The notes under the pieces are model-generated. The model saw only the letters and a list, made by a program, of their open reading frames with translations. It was not told the DNA's origin and ran no database searches. A stretch of 64,000 bases of DNA, from NCBI GenBank assembly GCA_001643675.2, contig LSRY02000013.1, positions 620,001-684,000 on the forward strand. The letters run 5' to 3'. Positions 1 to 12,707 of the stretch are shown here, one piece after another. The position numbers were made by a program, and so were the translations under genes. Origin of the DNA: Monocercomonoides exilis PA203 (taxonomy: Eukaryota; Protista; Preaxostyla). Positions within the stretch are counted from its first letter, which is position 1; each line of letters opens with the position of its first letter.

Positions 1-257
1 AGAATGTCCAAAATGAAAATTTGAAGTTAAATTCTATCATTCATAAATTGAAAAATGTTCTGAACTTTTTCCAATTTTTTTCAATTGAAATATATTGTCA
101 CACCAAATAAAATACAGAAATAATTAAAAAGATGAAAAAAACTTTGAATGCGATAAATGGAACAAAATTCATAAAGGATTATAATTTGTCTTATGGTGAA
201 ACTTCGATCACGTTAAACCATTGTTTAATAAAGAAACAAATCTTTTCAATATCAAAT

Positions 258-3200
258 ATGTTTTTTTGGGCTTTTTTGCATGTTTGCTTCAATTTTTTAG
301 CGTGCGAAAGCTACGTGGGATTGGATTTTGGATCCCGGAATGTAGTCGCAGGGATGATTGGAGGAAAATTTAATAATGAAATTGTTCAATTTCAAAACGG
401 ACTCCGATACATTCCTTCTTATGTGACTTTGGACGGAAAAAGGAGATACTCTGGTACAGAATCATACGGAAAAGTATGTGTGTCTTGTTCGTTGCATTAG
501 AATACAAATTTTGACTTAACTCATTGAAGTTTATCAAATCATCAAATCGTACTTTTGTGGATATTATTAACACAGTTGGGAAAAACGAATTACCAAATAC
601 CTTGAAATTCCCTTTCCAAGGGGCGAAGTTCCATAGAAATCAATCAACTGATCGGTTCACATTTCTTGATTTCCAAAATTCAGTGTATTTATTCCCTGAA
701 GAAATTGCAGCAACATTGATTCATCATATCGAACGAGAAGTTGAGATTGCTTCAGGAGTGGAAGCTTATAATTATGTAATTGCGATCCCTCCTTCTTTTA
801 CTCAAGCACAACGCGAGGCTTTACTTGATGCAGCAGAAATTGCTCACGTTAACATAATTGCGCTATTAGAAAGCAACGCAGCATCTGCATTATGGTTTGG
901 AGCAGAAAGCCATCGAACACTTCCTTATTCGCCAATTTTGCCTTCTCAAAAAACACCAACAAATCATCTTCGGACAGAAACGAAACAAAATCAGGGAAAA
1001 GAACCAGAGGCAGAACAAGCGCAAAAGCAGCAGCACCCGCAGACATCAACAGAAAAGTTAGCAACAAAAATTACATCAACAGAAAAACTGAGCGGAACAC
1101 AGTCAATTCTAAAGAAAGCCTTATCAAAATTTGGACTTTCCAAGCCGAAACAACAAGAGCCCCAATCAAAAAAATGGACGACTCATTTTACTTCATCTGA
1201 CGAGGATTCAAATGTGGCTGCTGGTTCCCATGCTGACAGATCATCTTTGAAGAAGCAGCAAAAGAAAATGCTCGACGGAAACACTATTTTTGAGCATGGC
1301 GACAGGCCATCTGTATATCCTCCGTCTCAATCGAAGTATCCAGACGAGGTGCGTCCGGTGTTTTTTGTGGATGTTGGCGCAAAACAAACAACTTTTTCAT
1401 TTGTGGAGTTCCGATTCGAGCAGAAGGAAGTTGTTAAGATGGTAAAAAGCTCAGCGCCAAAAGAGCAGTCTGAGAATAGCACAGCTGCTGGAGATGAAAC
1501 AGATTCCAAAGCGGACAATTCAACAAGCAAAGGAGAAAGCAGTAAGACGGAAGAAAGAAAAGTGGAAGAGCGGTCCGTGGTTCGCAGCTACGGCATGATG
1601 GACATGCGGCACGTGAAGACATACGACATGTTGGGCGGATTTCGCTTTGACGAGCCGCTTCTTAATGACGCTGTGAAGCAGCTGTGCTATGTGCTCCATC
1701 ACAAACAGTACGAGCAGACTGCAAATGGTACAAGCAGCCAGAATGGAGAAAATGAAGAGGAAGAAGACGAAGACGAAGAAATGTGCAGCTCTCCCTCTGC
1801 GCTTTTGAAGGAAGTCAAAGAGCGAAGGAAGCTGGAGGCCGCGCGGGCACAGAGAAAGAAGAAGGGAACCGGACCGAAGAAGCTGCGCTATGGCTATCGG
1901 ATGGACGACTTCGATGTGAGCGACGAGGTGAAGACGCCTGAAGAGCGTTTGGCTGAGCTGCATGAGGACGAAGACAGGGAAAAGGAGATCGAGAAAAAGC
2001 TCAGAGAAAAATGCGGGGCGAGAAAGAAGAAGGACGGTAAAGTCATCAAGCAAGGCTTTGCCACACACAAATGGTACAAGGAACCCTTGTGCGATGAGGT
2101 GATGGAGAATGACGGAGTGCTCATTCGCCTCCGAAGAGAAGTGGAAAAGGGGAAGGAGATGCTGAGCGTGTCCCCAGTACATGAAGTTATTATCGACGAT
2201 CCAATGAGAGGCGTTGAGACATTGACACTGGTTCTCAACAGAAGCGTGTTTGAATATGAGACAGCACATCTTGTGCGACGCGTAAAGCGGCTGGCTGAGA
2301 TGTTTGTGGGAGAAGTGAAAGGGATAATGCCAAGGCTGAATGTGAGTACAGTGCCACTTGTGCTTAACGGAGGAGGCACCAGAATTCCCGCTGTGCAAGC
2401 AGCACTGGCCGACGCGTTTCAGAGACAGAAGAGCGAAAATGGCTCGATCGATGAGAACGAGCTGTTCAGCGTGAAGAAGATGAATCTGGACGAGTCGCCT
2501 GCGCTTGGTGCCACAATCTATTCACATCTCGACAGGCCTTTCTTCCGCGGGCAGCAGAACAACGGAAGAGCGAGGCAGAGCGAGTTGCTCCCAGGAAGCT
2601 TGGAGGCTGGCGGAGCGATGAAGCTTTTGAGGCGTTCGCCACGCTCTGTCATGGCGAATGTGGAAGTTGTGTGGAATGAGAAGGACGAGGAACTGTTCCC
2701 AACAGGAGACATGAAAAATGAGACGAACGAGGCAAAGGTGAGTGAGGAAAAGAAAGCAGAAAATGAAAATTTGAGCAAAGAGAATTCAACAGCCTCTGAA
2801 AATGGAACGGAAACAGCGAAGGTATATAATTACCAATATGCAAACACTTCATCATGGACTCTCTTTGGAACAACTGAAGTTGTGCGCGTAGGAGAACCAT
2901 TTGGCACAATACAAAAAGTTGTTATTCCGCTCGGAAATATCACGCTTCTGAGTGCTGAAGAAGAGAAAACGAAACAGAAGAACATTCGCGCCTTGTGGCT
3001 AAAAATGAAAGCTGAGAAGGCGAAAGAAACGAATGCAGAGGGAAGCGAAAAAGAAGAAGGAGAAGAAGCTGAGATTCCACACTTCCTTCCATTCCCAACT
3101 TCAGTCAGAATGAACATCACATACAGCGACCCAACAACGATTCCAACGGGAGTGCCAACTCGTCTGATGGAAATCAAAATGACAGAGATGAAGAGAAAAG

Positions 3201-5272
3201 TGCAGGAAGATCTGTATTTTGCTGCAGAGTGGAGCGAAGAGAAGGCGAAGTGGAGTGAAAGTTATGAGGAAAAGATAGGCACAGAAAAGTCTCAGCAAAA
3301 CAGCAAAGTTGATCAGGATGCATCAAATGCTCCGATTCCACTTGGCTCCATTCTTTTGGACGCAGCAGTTGAGATTAGCTTCATGTTCGACAAAAGAGGA
3401 GTTCTTAATATTGTTGATACTCAGTTCTCGTTCGCCAATGTGTCCTCTTTGTATGAAAAGCTCGTCACAGAGGAAGCGATTGAGAAAGAAATGATTGGAA
3501 ACACAAAGAAATCTGAAGAAGCAAAGGAGACTCAGAACAAAGAAGACGCAAAAACGGAGCAAGACTCAGAAAAAGAAGAGAGCGAAGAGACAAAAGTTCG
3601 CAGAGAAAGAGTGCAGGCAAAGCGCCGAATGATGGAAGTTGAGTTCTTAACATCTCAACTGCGCGCGCTGCAGCGCACCCGCCCCAGTTTTGTGAGGCTT
3701 CTGAGGCATCCTGTGAAGTTTGCAATTGGCCAGGAAACAAGCACGACGAATGCAGAAGAATATCAGGAACTCCGCAACTTTTACAACATGACTGAGGCAG
3801 CAACACTTTTAGGTGCTGTTTCGTCTTTGTTCGAAAGCGAAAGCGCAAAATTAGGTGAGAAAGAAGACGAAATTAGCATTTTCGGCATCAACGCATCGAG
3901 CCCCTTGTTGAAAGCAGATATTCTTCCCTCTCACTTCGGAATGAACATTTCATGGATCAGAAATGCAGTCAGGAATCTTCAGAACCAGTCAAAGAATCCA
4001 TCTGCTCTCTCTCCTTTCTCTTCGATGTGCTTTTCACTCACCACATACGGCTGTGCGATGCCTCGTCTGTCTGTCCACCTGGGGATGCCTTCTATCACAC
4101 GCGGTGTTCCGACTGATTTGTACTGGAAGGAAGAAGCGTTTGGGAGGATCTATCAATCAGAGGAGATTGAGATGAACCTGAAAGAGGCAGAAGAGTCGTT
4201 CAGCATGTTGGAATCGTTCACATTTTCGATAAACGAGCTGATTGGGTCAGTGAAAGAGCAGATGAAAGCAGCGAGAAAAGAAATGAAGTCCATTTTGTCG
4301 ACAATTGCGGAGGCTGAAAAGAAAGACGAGCAATACGAAAAGGAGTGGAAGGAGAAATTCGAAGCGCTAAAGGATAAAATCTCGAAGAATGAGCAAACAG
4401 AAGAGGCAGCAAAAGACAAAGAAGAAGAAAATAAGAAGGAAGTACCAAAAGCTGAAGAAGCAGCAGCAAAAGAGCAAGAAGAAAAAGAAGAAGAAGAATT
4501 CGAGTCGACTTCTTCCATTGCGCATCGTGCGCGTTGCATAATGCGTGTATCAACCGAAAATGAGATAAAGCGCATTGAAGAGACAATCCAGCAGACATTG
4601 AAGTGGATTGAGAATATTCCAGGTACCGAACTTAATTTGACCGAGATCACTTCAAAAATCTCAACGCTACGGAATGCGAGCGAGGCTGTTTTGCGCAGAG
4701 CTGAGGAATTTTCGGAGCGCCCGCATGTTTTGAAGTTTGCGGAACAGCGGTTTATAGATGCCAAAAATCTGACAGATGCGATGAAAGAGAAGAACGATAC
4801 AGAAACAGCAGCGGTTATTGATGAAATAGTGAAGGATGTGAAGGAATGGCTGGCAGAACTGAAGGAAAGGCAGAGCAACTTGACGGAAAAGGAAGAGCCG
4901 ATACTTCTTGTGGATGATGTAGTGAATGCAATAAAGAAGATGGACCAGGAGATTGACGGCACATTGAAGGAGTTCATGAGGAGCAAGCAGAGAGAGGAGA
5001 GAAAGAAGAGAGAGCAACTGTTGAAGAAACTGAAGGAAAAGAATCAGAAGCAGGATGAGGCTAAGAGTGAGAATGCGAATGGGAAAGGAGAAGAAGGAGA
5101 GAAAGACAAAGCACAAACACAGCAAAATAATAGTGAAACAATAAAAGAAGAAATTAAAGCTACAGAATCAGAAAATAAAAGTGCAAGTGCTTCAAATGAA
5201 GAGGAAAAGAAGAATAACAAAGAAGAGAATGTAGAGAAACAACAAGGCCAGCAAAAACCAGTTGAATTGTAA
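258..5272 (+). CDS. ER-lumenal Hsp70-superfamily chaperone (Grp170/HYOU1-like), ~1652 aa; exons 258-473 and 530-5272
   Basis: ATG at 258 begins a hydrophobic signal-like peptide followed by GLDFGS (Hsp70 phosphate-1 motif). A phase-0 intron GTATGT...AAG (474-529) joins it to ORF 524..5272. That ORF carries IAIPPSFTQAQREALLDAA, FFVDVGA, LGGFRFD, VLNGGGTRIPAVQ and MNLDESPALGA. The C-terminal PVEL resembles an xDEL/xxEL retrieval signal. Confidence 0.85.
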
Positions 5273-5590
5273 ACAAACAACAAATTGAAAAAAATCAAGA
5301 AGAAATTAAGCGGTATTCTCATTCATTAAAAAGTCATTTGATTTCCCTCATGAATATTTTGCTTTTCTGCAAATGAAGTCTGATTTGAAGTTAGATTTTC
5401 CAAACCATTCACAAAAGGATAACAAAAGTTGTTCATTATTTACAATTTATTATATTTTATTTTTTTAATTAACTTGCGTATTTCTTTTGGTATAAACATA
5501 AAATTCTTCTTCGAATGAGTGATAACAATTTTTTCTCATTTCTTTTTGAAACTTTAAAGTGAATGGGATTGATATGAACGTCTCAATGAA

Positions 5591-5597
<7 letters not shown>

Positions 5598-5648
<51 letters not shown>
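5598..5648 (+). repeat. 51-nt poly(A) run
   Basis: Direct read; AATAAA lies at 5589-5594. Confidence 0.95.
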
Positions 5649-5649
<1 letters not shown>

Positions 5650-6043
5650 CATATTGGTTAAGAGTGTCCAAAGGATAAAGGAGTTAACGATTGCTTTGGG
5701 AATAACAGAAAAACAAATAATGAATTGAAGAAGAAACTGGAAAAAAACCATTGACGTGGAAATACATAACAAACTCACGTAAAACAAAATCTTAATCACA
5801 TCAAACATGTTAAGTTTTCAGTTCCAAAATCGGAATCACTGGCTCAAAAACATGGAGAATTAATAAACTATTTTTAATTTGTTTGATGTTATTTGATTGA
5901 ACAAATAAAAACTTGCAATACAGCAAATCTTCGAGCGCAAATGGCAGGTTTGCTTCAAGTTAATGATTATAAGATTCGTTGATGTGTATTTTAAGATCAA
6001 ATTTCGCTAAAACTTAAATTTGTTTTCGACTCTATTTTCCTCA

Positions 6044-7186
6044 ATGGAAATAGAACAAGAACCTGTGAGATTGACTGACAGAGACGGAGAGTGAAAGGAA
6101 TTTGATCTTTCACATAAACCATCATGAGTGGAAAACATGATTGAAGAGATTACGAGAAGCCAAGCATGGCCAATGCAGTCCGGATCTACGGGAATATTGC
6201 CAATGAGAAAAGTGAAGAGGGAACAACTGAAGAAAAGAAGCAGATCAAGATCGAGCGAGTCGGAGTCGGAGGCAGATTTTATTGAAGTGATCGCGAGAAG
6301 GATGCAAGGACAGCGTGAGAAAGTACTTCGCACACTTAGTCAAATGAAGTAATTGAAAGACGAAGAGGACAGCGACTGGGATTCAGGAGAGCTGGGAGTG
6401 CTGGAAGAGAAAGAAGGAATAGAAGACTTTATAAGAATTTTTCCCAGGGAGTGGTTGACACCTCGGAGACAAGCGAGTTAGTTGAGGAAGTTCATTGAGT
6501 TCTGAAAGGTGGGATCTTTACGAATGAATGAGGACATACTGAATACGTCCATTCCAGAGAGCGAGAAGGAATTTTTCACTGGACACACGGACACAAGCTG
6601 GAACGCGCAAGCCAGGACATCCATTACAACAAAGGGGAAAAGAGACTTACCAGAAGCGATCCGAGCAATCGAACTCTTCCAGCATGCTCTAGAATCGGGC
6701 TTTGAAGCAGCGAAAGTTATTGCAGCACTAACAGTGAAGGAATTGGAGAAGGCGCACCTCATGGAAGAGGAGAAGGAACGACTGAGAGGATTGTTTTGCG
6801 CCTATGCGCTTGTTGCTGAATGTATCAATAGAATAAATTTACAGAAAGTTATTCCCTAATCGAGCTGGGAGAGCGCGAAAGGCTTTTTAGAAGGAGGAAT
6901 GACCAAGGATGTTTCAGAGAATCTTCGAAAGTTGGTTAAGAGCATCAATTCTTTTTCAAGCAGAGGGAAATGCAGCAGGATACTGTGCATCTCCCGACTC
7001 CACAACAGGTTTTGTGCCCACAACAGCCAGAGGGGGACCCCCGAGAAGATGCAGTTCGGGAAGGAGCACCTAGGGATTCGTATACAGACAGCTCCAGAGA
7101 AGGGGATATGGAAGGAGCTTCATAGACTTCAGGGGAAAGAAGAGAATGCTTCAGTTCCAAGCATTGCATGTCCCAACCATCGCTAG
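6044..7186 (+). pseudogene. DIRS gag-like ORF1 with several premature stops
   Basis: ATG 6044 and ORF pieces 6128, 6509 and 6899 share one frame, interrupted only by isolated stops. It lies directly 5' of, and in frame with, pol. Confidence 0.6.
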
Positions 7187-7276
7187 GACGCCAGTCCCAG
7201 TCACTGGACCATTGCCCCCAGCTCCCCCAAGGACCCAAGGAGGGACAGCTATGGAACCAGCAATCGGAGCCAACAA

Positions 7277-9730
7277 GTGGTCGCAAAAGTAGAGAGGCAG
7301 AAAGGAAAGAGAGTAGAGAGATCCGCGCTTTTCCGCGAGACCGAGAGAGGAGAGAGAGAAACAAATTACAGCGAGATGAATACATGTCGAGAAACCGTAG
7401 CTCTGAGCAAGACGCAATCAAGGATGGAAATACAGATTCAACAAGCGAACACCAAAGGGACCCTGAGCTCGTCAGACCAAAGAGAGGAGAGAGAACGAGA
7501 AATCACAGCGGATTTGACGATAGAGATACCGAGAGAAGATGTGCGACACGAGGCAACGAAGACAGAAGGTTACTCCGCATATCCCCGAGTGACGGGACAG
7601 AAGAGCGAGAGGGAGAACGGGAAGATAGTTTGGAGAGCTTCTGGGATTGTTATCGAGTCCCCATTTGGGAGCGCACTGGAGGTGAGCTCGAAGACAGCTA
7701 CTGCAGATATTCTCGAAGGGAAAGAGATTGCACAGATGCAGTCTGGCCACAAGACGCCAGAAATGAAAAGGGGTATAGCAATTGGACCACTGAGAGAACA
7801 TCTTCCTGGGAGACAAGTGAACAGGCTGAGCGAGTGGAAGAAGATTGGGGGAGACAAACTAGTGAGCCGTTGTATAAGAGCTCGATGGAGAAGTCCCCAA
7901 TCCCCAATCTCACTCGAGGAGAGAAAACACAGACAAGAATTTCGAGGGACAATGGAAATGACGAACAATTATTTATCCCTTTTGGAGGAGGAATTGAAGG
8001 AAGGGGTGGTGAAGCCCATACAGGAGTCTGAGGTGAAGTGGTTCAATCCGACATTTATGGTCCGGAAGAAGAACGGAAAGTGGAGGAAGATTCTGGATTG
8101 CAGTATTCAAAACGAGGAAGTGCTAGGAAAACACTTCAAGATGGATTCCCAGGAGACAGTGGTGGAACTCCTGGAGGAGAACGATTGGATGATTACGCTC
8201 GACATATCGAGTGCTTATCAACATGTCAAAGTGGACGAGCAATTCAGTCCCTATCTGTGCTTCAGCTTTCAAAGTCACTGTTACGCTTACGTGGGGATGT
8301 CATTTGGGGCAAAGGACGCGCCCAGAGTATTCACGAAGATAATGAGACGGGCAGCGTCATATATCAGAGAGCAGTGGAAAGTGAAATCAGTAATATTCCT
8401 GGACGACATTCTCCGAATGCACCCAGACAGGGAAGTTTTGAGATCGTTCTCACAGGAGATAGCCCAGTTCCTGAGAAATCTTGGCTGGATACTGTCGGAA
8501 GAGTAACTGAAGTTGGAACCCGCAAGGAGCGTGGAGTTTCTGGGATGGAGTTGGAATTCAGAGAAGATGGAAGTGACGCTCCAAAAAAGGAAGAGAGTGC
8601 TGCTCCTGGAGGATGTGCGAAAATGGATAGCACATGCAAAGAAGAGGAGGAGACAAAAGACGAGGGACTTAGCAGCACTCCTCGGGAGGCTGAATTGCGT
8701 GCGACTGCAACACCCACCAGCGAGCTTGTGGATGAAACGCATGCAATACGTACTGAGGCAGGCAATAGCCCGCGGGGGCTGGAAGGGAACGGTGATCGTC
8801 AACCCAATGATGTTGGGAGAATAAACACATTGGAGGAAGATCCTGCTAGAGAACAGACCGAGGTGTCAGAGGAGAAGAAGAAGGCCAGCAGAGTTAATAA
8901 CAGACGTGTCTGAGCTTGGATGGGGTGCAGTGTTAACAATACCGAAAGAGAACAAAGAGGAGAAGGTTTATGTCCACGGAAGTTGGACCCTCCAGGAGAG
9001 TGCGTTAGCAATAAACGAGAAGGAGTCCAGAGCAGTGCTGAGTACACTAAAGAGAAAGGGAGCATGGATGCAACAGTAACAGAAGATAGATCATATTCGT
9101 CTGAGGACAGACAACATGTCCACGAGATGGACAATACAGAAGAAGAGAGGAGCGCCATCGCTCATCCCAACACTGAGAGCATTGGAGAAGAAACTGAACA
9201 GTCTGGACATGACAATACAGACGGAACACCTCCCAGGAGAGCAGAACTCGGAAGCAGATGCACTCAGCCGGATGGCGAAAAAGCCGGACTATGCACTGAG
9301 GGGGGAGAAAGTCGCAGAGATATTACAAACAATCGCACCGAGAATACTTGATTCAATTTCAGAACCGATTGCTCCAGTGCACTGCGGAAGAACTTGGAGA
9401 CTATCCTCCGTGAGAAGGAAGAGAGAGAGAGGAACACCAGAAGACGACATAGTGCTTGTCCACCCGTTCCTGAGAAACATTGGACGAACCTTGAAAGAGA
9501 AGATGAAGGAAGCCCAGAGGGAACTAACGATTCTGATTCTGCCAGCCTGGAAGGGGCAGACCTGGACCCCGTTACTGCAGCCTGGGCCTTCGATAAGGAC
9601 ACTGGGGACCTTTCAGGAGTGCACGATATCGGGAGCGAGGATGATAAGGGAAGGCTGGAAATTACCCCCAGGAGAGGTAATAAGCGTTATACTGGTGAGG
9701 AGAATGTTAAGGGAAGGGACCTCTTCTTAA
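7277..9730 (+). pseudogene. DIRS pol: reverse transcriptase, RNase H and methyltransferase-like domain; 3 internal stops
   Basis: RT motifs: FMVRKKNGKWRKILD, LDISSAYQHV, MSFGAKDAPRVFTK, IFLDD, VEFLG. RNase H motifs: TDVSELGWG, INEKE, TDN, HLPGEQNSEADALSR. MT-like segment: LVHPF...LILPAWKGQTW. ORFs 7277, 8513 and 9116 are the same frame, separated by TAA stops. Confidence 0.9.
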
Positions 9731-11157
9731 CATGGGGAGAACACGTTGGAGCAAAAGACATAGCAGCAGCAATACTTGGAAGTCAGAAGAGCGAAAGAGA
9801 TACGTGGAGAGCGCTGCGAAGATTCAAGCAATTCCTTGATAGAGAGAGCATGGATGACACTGACCCTCTCACAAACAAAGATGCCAAATGGATTATGGCA
9901 GAGTTCACCGAAACACTCTCGAATACGAACCTGTCTGGGGGAGTGATTCATCAGACAGTAAGGAAAGTACTGGAGTCCATCAACCTTTTTGGAGAAACCA
10001 AGATCGATCGAATGGACATGGAAATATTTCAAAAGACTTATGTGGGAGAGAAGTCAAGAAGGGGCAAACAGAACAAGAAGATGTGGGATCTCACAATTAT
10101 CACGAAATGGGCTGAAGCCACTCACGATATGAAAGACCCACAGACCCTCCAAAGGAGGGCTCTCATCCTGACCATGATATTCGGTGCGTTAAGGCCAGCA
10201 GAACTGGAAAGAATGAGAAGAGAGACAACGATACTTAAAGAGGATTTAGTCCAGACACAAGTACAAACAAAGACATCAGGGGGAGAGACTGTTAAGGTTA
10301 TTATAAATAAACATCCAAACCCACGTATCGATGCGGTTGTTGCGCTCCAACGTTGGATGGATTATACAAAGACAACTTTCAAAGACGAACATATGTGGTT
10401 CGATACCAGGGAGAGTCAACCTGCAAATTTGCAGAGGATCATTGAAGAATTAGTGGCTGTCCTGAGAGAGAACGGAATACCAGACACATTTACCGCGTAC
10501 TCGATAAGACACGCTGTGATAACACATTTGGCAAGACAACAAGCTGCAGATTGAAAAGCAATCAATGCGTACGCGAGATGGGCTCCGGGCTCTAGAGTAG
10601 CCCAGGAGTATTACACCGTGCAACCAGTTCAGGGCACGAGATGGATCCTGGAGACAATCGGCGGCCCAGTACCCCTGGCAGAGAAGGGAGGAAAGTCGGA
10701 GAAGGACAGCAAAGGAAAAGAAATTTCAAATGAGAATACAGAATCTGAAACAAAGGAGTATCCCGAAGAAACAACACTATCAAGGGGAGAGGCGGAGACG
10801 AGCAAGATAAAGAGGTCGAAGAGACGAGTATCAATTCGAGAGAAGAGTCCGCACCATGAGAACGATATAGCACAACTCCCCAAAGGTGATGAGATATCCC
10901 CCATAATTCCCCGCAGCATTATGCAGCTGACGGAGGGCAGACAACCTGCCTTGCAGAAGAAGCTTGAAGCCGATCGGAGGAAACGCGGAGAGAGAAGCAT
11001 AGGACAAATTGTCAGATCCGCTCAAGTGCAGAAGACACGATCGAGAGCACCCCGAAAACATTCCAAAAGAGGGAGGGAGTTGAGACAGGGGCCGCACCTT
11101 CATCCGCAGTCCCTCTTCTCATCCGCCGCAAGAGAGTGTGCTAGGCAGGAGGGTTGA
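9394..11157 (+). pseudogene. DIRS tyrosine recombinase with an internal TGA at 10552-10554
   Basis: GALRPAEL (catalytic R), TKT (K), YSIRHA (HxxR equivalent), and after the stop ARWAPGSRVAQEYY (W and catalytic Y). Confidence 0.88.
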
Positions 11158-11194
11158 AGATCAGAAGAGGAAAGAGAATGAGGGTTTTCAGAAC

Positions 11195-11289
11195 TCATTA
11201 TTGAGGAGCAAACATGCTTTTTGATTTCAAAGATTCGCTTTATTGTGAATTGATAGAACGCAGTGAGACAGGATTTGCTCCGAAATAAT
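11195..11289. repeat. Internal complementary region (ICR) of the DIRS element
   Basis: 11251-11289 is the reverse complement of 11903-11941 (36/39 identical). 11195-11250 is a diverged reverse complement of ~5911-5966. Confidence 0.8.
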
Positions 11290-12707
11290 ACTGATGCGGA
11301 TGGAGAGACTCAGAGCGGCCGGGTGCGAGAATGGGAAAGAGATTGGGAGGAAGATGACAAGAAAAAGGGAGAGATATCAGAGGAGAGAAGAAAAGAGGAA
11401 CCGCCCAGAAAGATTTTGCGCACCTATAACCTGTGTTGAGAAACATGGAATGAATAAAGAATTTTTAGAGTGATCCCACTCCTTTGATTGTTACCGAACA
11501 AGTTTTAAAGAGAAGAGTCAGACTGGCTCACACAGTGCGTGGTGGGTGGATTTGCTCTGCTGGATCAGCAGAAGAGCGGGAGGCAGAGTCCTGCATAAGC
11601 AGTTTTCTTTTCCACGCCTCGCGGAAGCGAGAGTTGTTTTTCTTTCTGCTCCTTGATTATATTCGTCTCACCGGATCCCTGCACTGACTGCAGGAGAGAG
11701 CTCCGAGGGGCAACATCCCCTACCCTCTGGTCTTCGTGACCATTGCAAAAGGCGAAGTCGGTGGTGAAGTGAAGCGGACAATGCATTATCTCATTTAACA
11801 ATTTTTAATGTTATAGTTAATATTTTTATCTCTCCCTTTTTTTACGTCATTTGGGAGGGAGAAATTTTCACTCAAACCACCCATAAATCGTGATATATAC
11901 TCATTATTTCGGAGCATAACCTGTCTCTCTGCGTTCTATCAAAAAAGAATGAGAGTTTCAAACAGAATTTCTTCTTCTTCTTTTGCATTTTGAATTTATA
12001 TTAAAAAGGAAATATTGGAGAACGAATGGGAAATGGCAAATGAAGAATTTTCTATTGAATGCAACAACTATTTGCATCAATACCATGGATTCGTTTGCTT
12101 CATCTTTTCAATTCATTTTCAGAAAGCCAAAATGAAAGGTTTTATATTTGATTGAATGCGTTGCATTTGTATTGGGCTTGAGATAAATAGCGGATTTGGA
12201 AGAATGGATTTTGTTGAATAATAATTTAAGGAGAAATGGATGAAACAAGTATCCTAATGCGAGAAGAAGAGAGAAAGGGAATGAAGAGAAAAACGAAGGA
12301 AACAATGTGGAAGAGAAGAATAAAGAGAAATGAAATATTGAACAAAAATGAGAAGAATGTGAAGATCGATTAATCATGATTAACTTTGTTCTGTCATTTA
12401 CATTCTGAATTGGATGATAGGATTAGCTTCTTTTTCAGCCATGTTTGCAATTGTTGTATTTGAAATTTATAAAGTTGACATCTACATTCATCAACAAACA
12501 AGTCTCCTAAAATGACTTTGCATTCTTCTCAAGAGTTTTCATATCTTATTTCGCCTCTTTCTTCTCGAATTCATTGAAAATACAGAGAAAAAGAAAAAGC
12601 AAAGGAAATTTGAAGTTTCAAGAAAAAATAACAGAACAATTAATTTTTCATGAAAAAATGAGTCTTTTTTTGAAGATATGATACAAAAATTCATTCAATG
12701 ACTATTA

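Larger units (their letters stand above)
5911..11941 (+). mobile_element. DIRS1-like tyrosine-recombinase retrotransposon, full length but inactivated
   Basis: Gag-like, RT, RNase H, MT-like and YR coding regions are present. An internal complementary region (~11195-11289) matches both termini in reverse complement. Short degenerate ITRs lie at ~5961-6008 and ~11858-11906. A-runs flank both ends. Confidence 0.88.

Noticed and set aside
849-5322. Numerous antisense and alternate-frame ORFs within long genes (also in 22816-34716, 40634-52531, 55869-60635)
   Set aside because: Shadow ORFs of the main coding frames with no independent motifs.
6044-11157. Stop-codon reassignment or programmed readthrough explaining the in-frame stops of the retroelement
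   Set aside because: The stops are a mix of TAA, TAG and TGA at positions implying different original residues. Host ORFs up to 12 kb have no internal stops and end in TAA, TAG or TGA. Mutational decay is simpler.
11700-11765. HDV-like or hammerhead ribozyme (GGGCAACAT...GGCGAA resemblance)
   Set aside because: I could not build the P1/P3/L3 nested pseudoknot, and there is no CTGAnGA...GAAA core on either strand. Kept only as a generic structured-RNA candidate.
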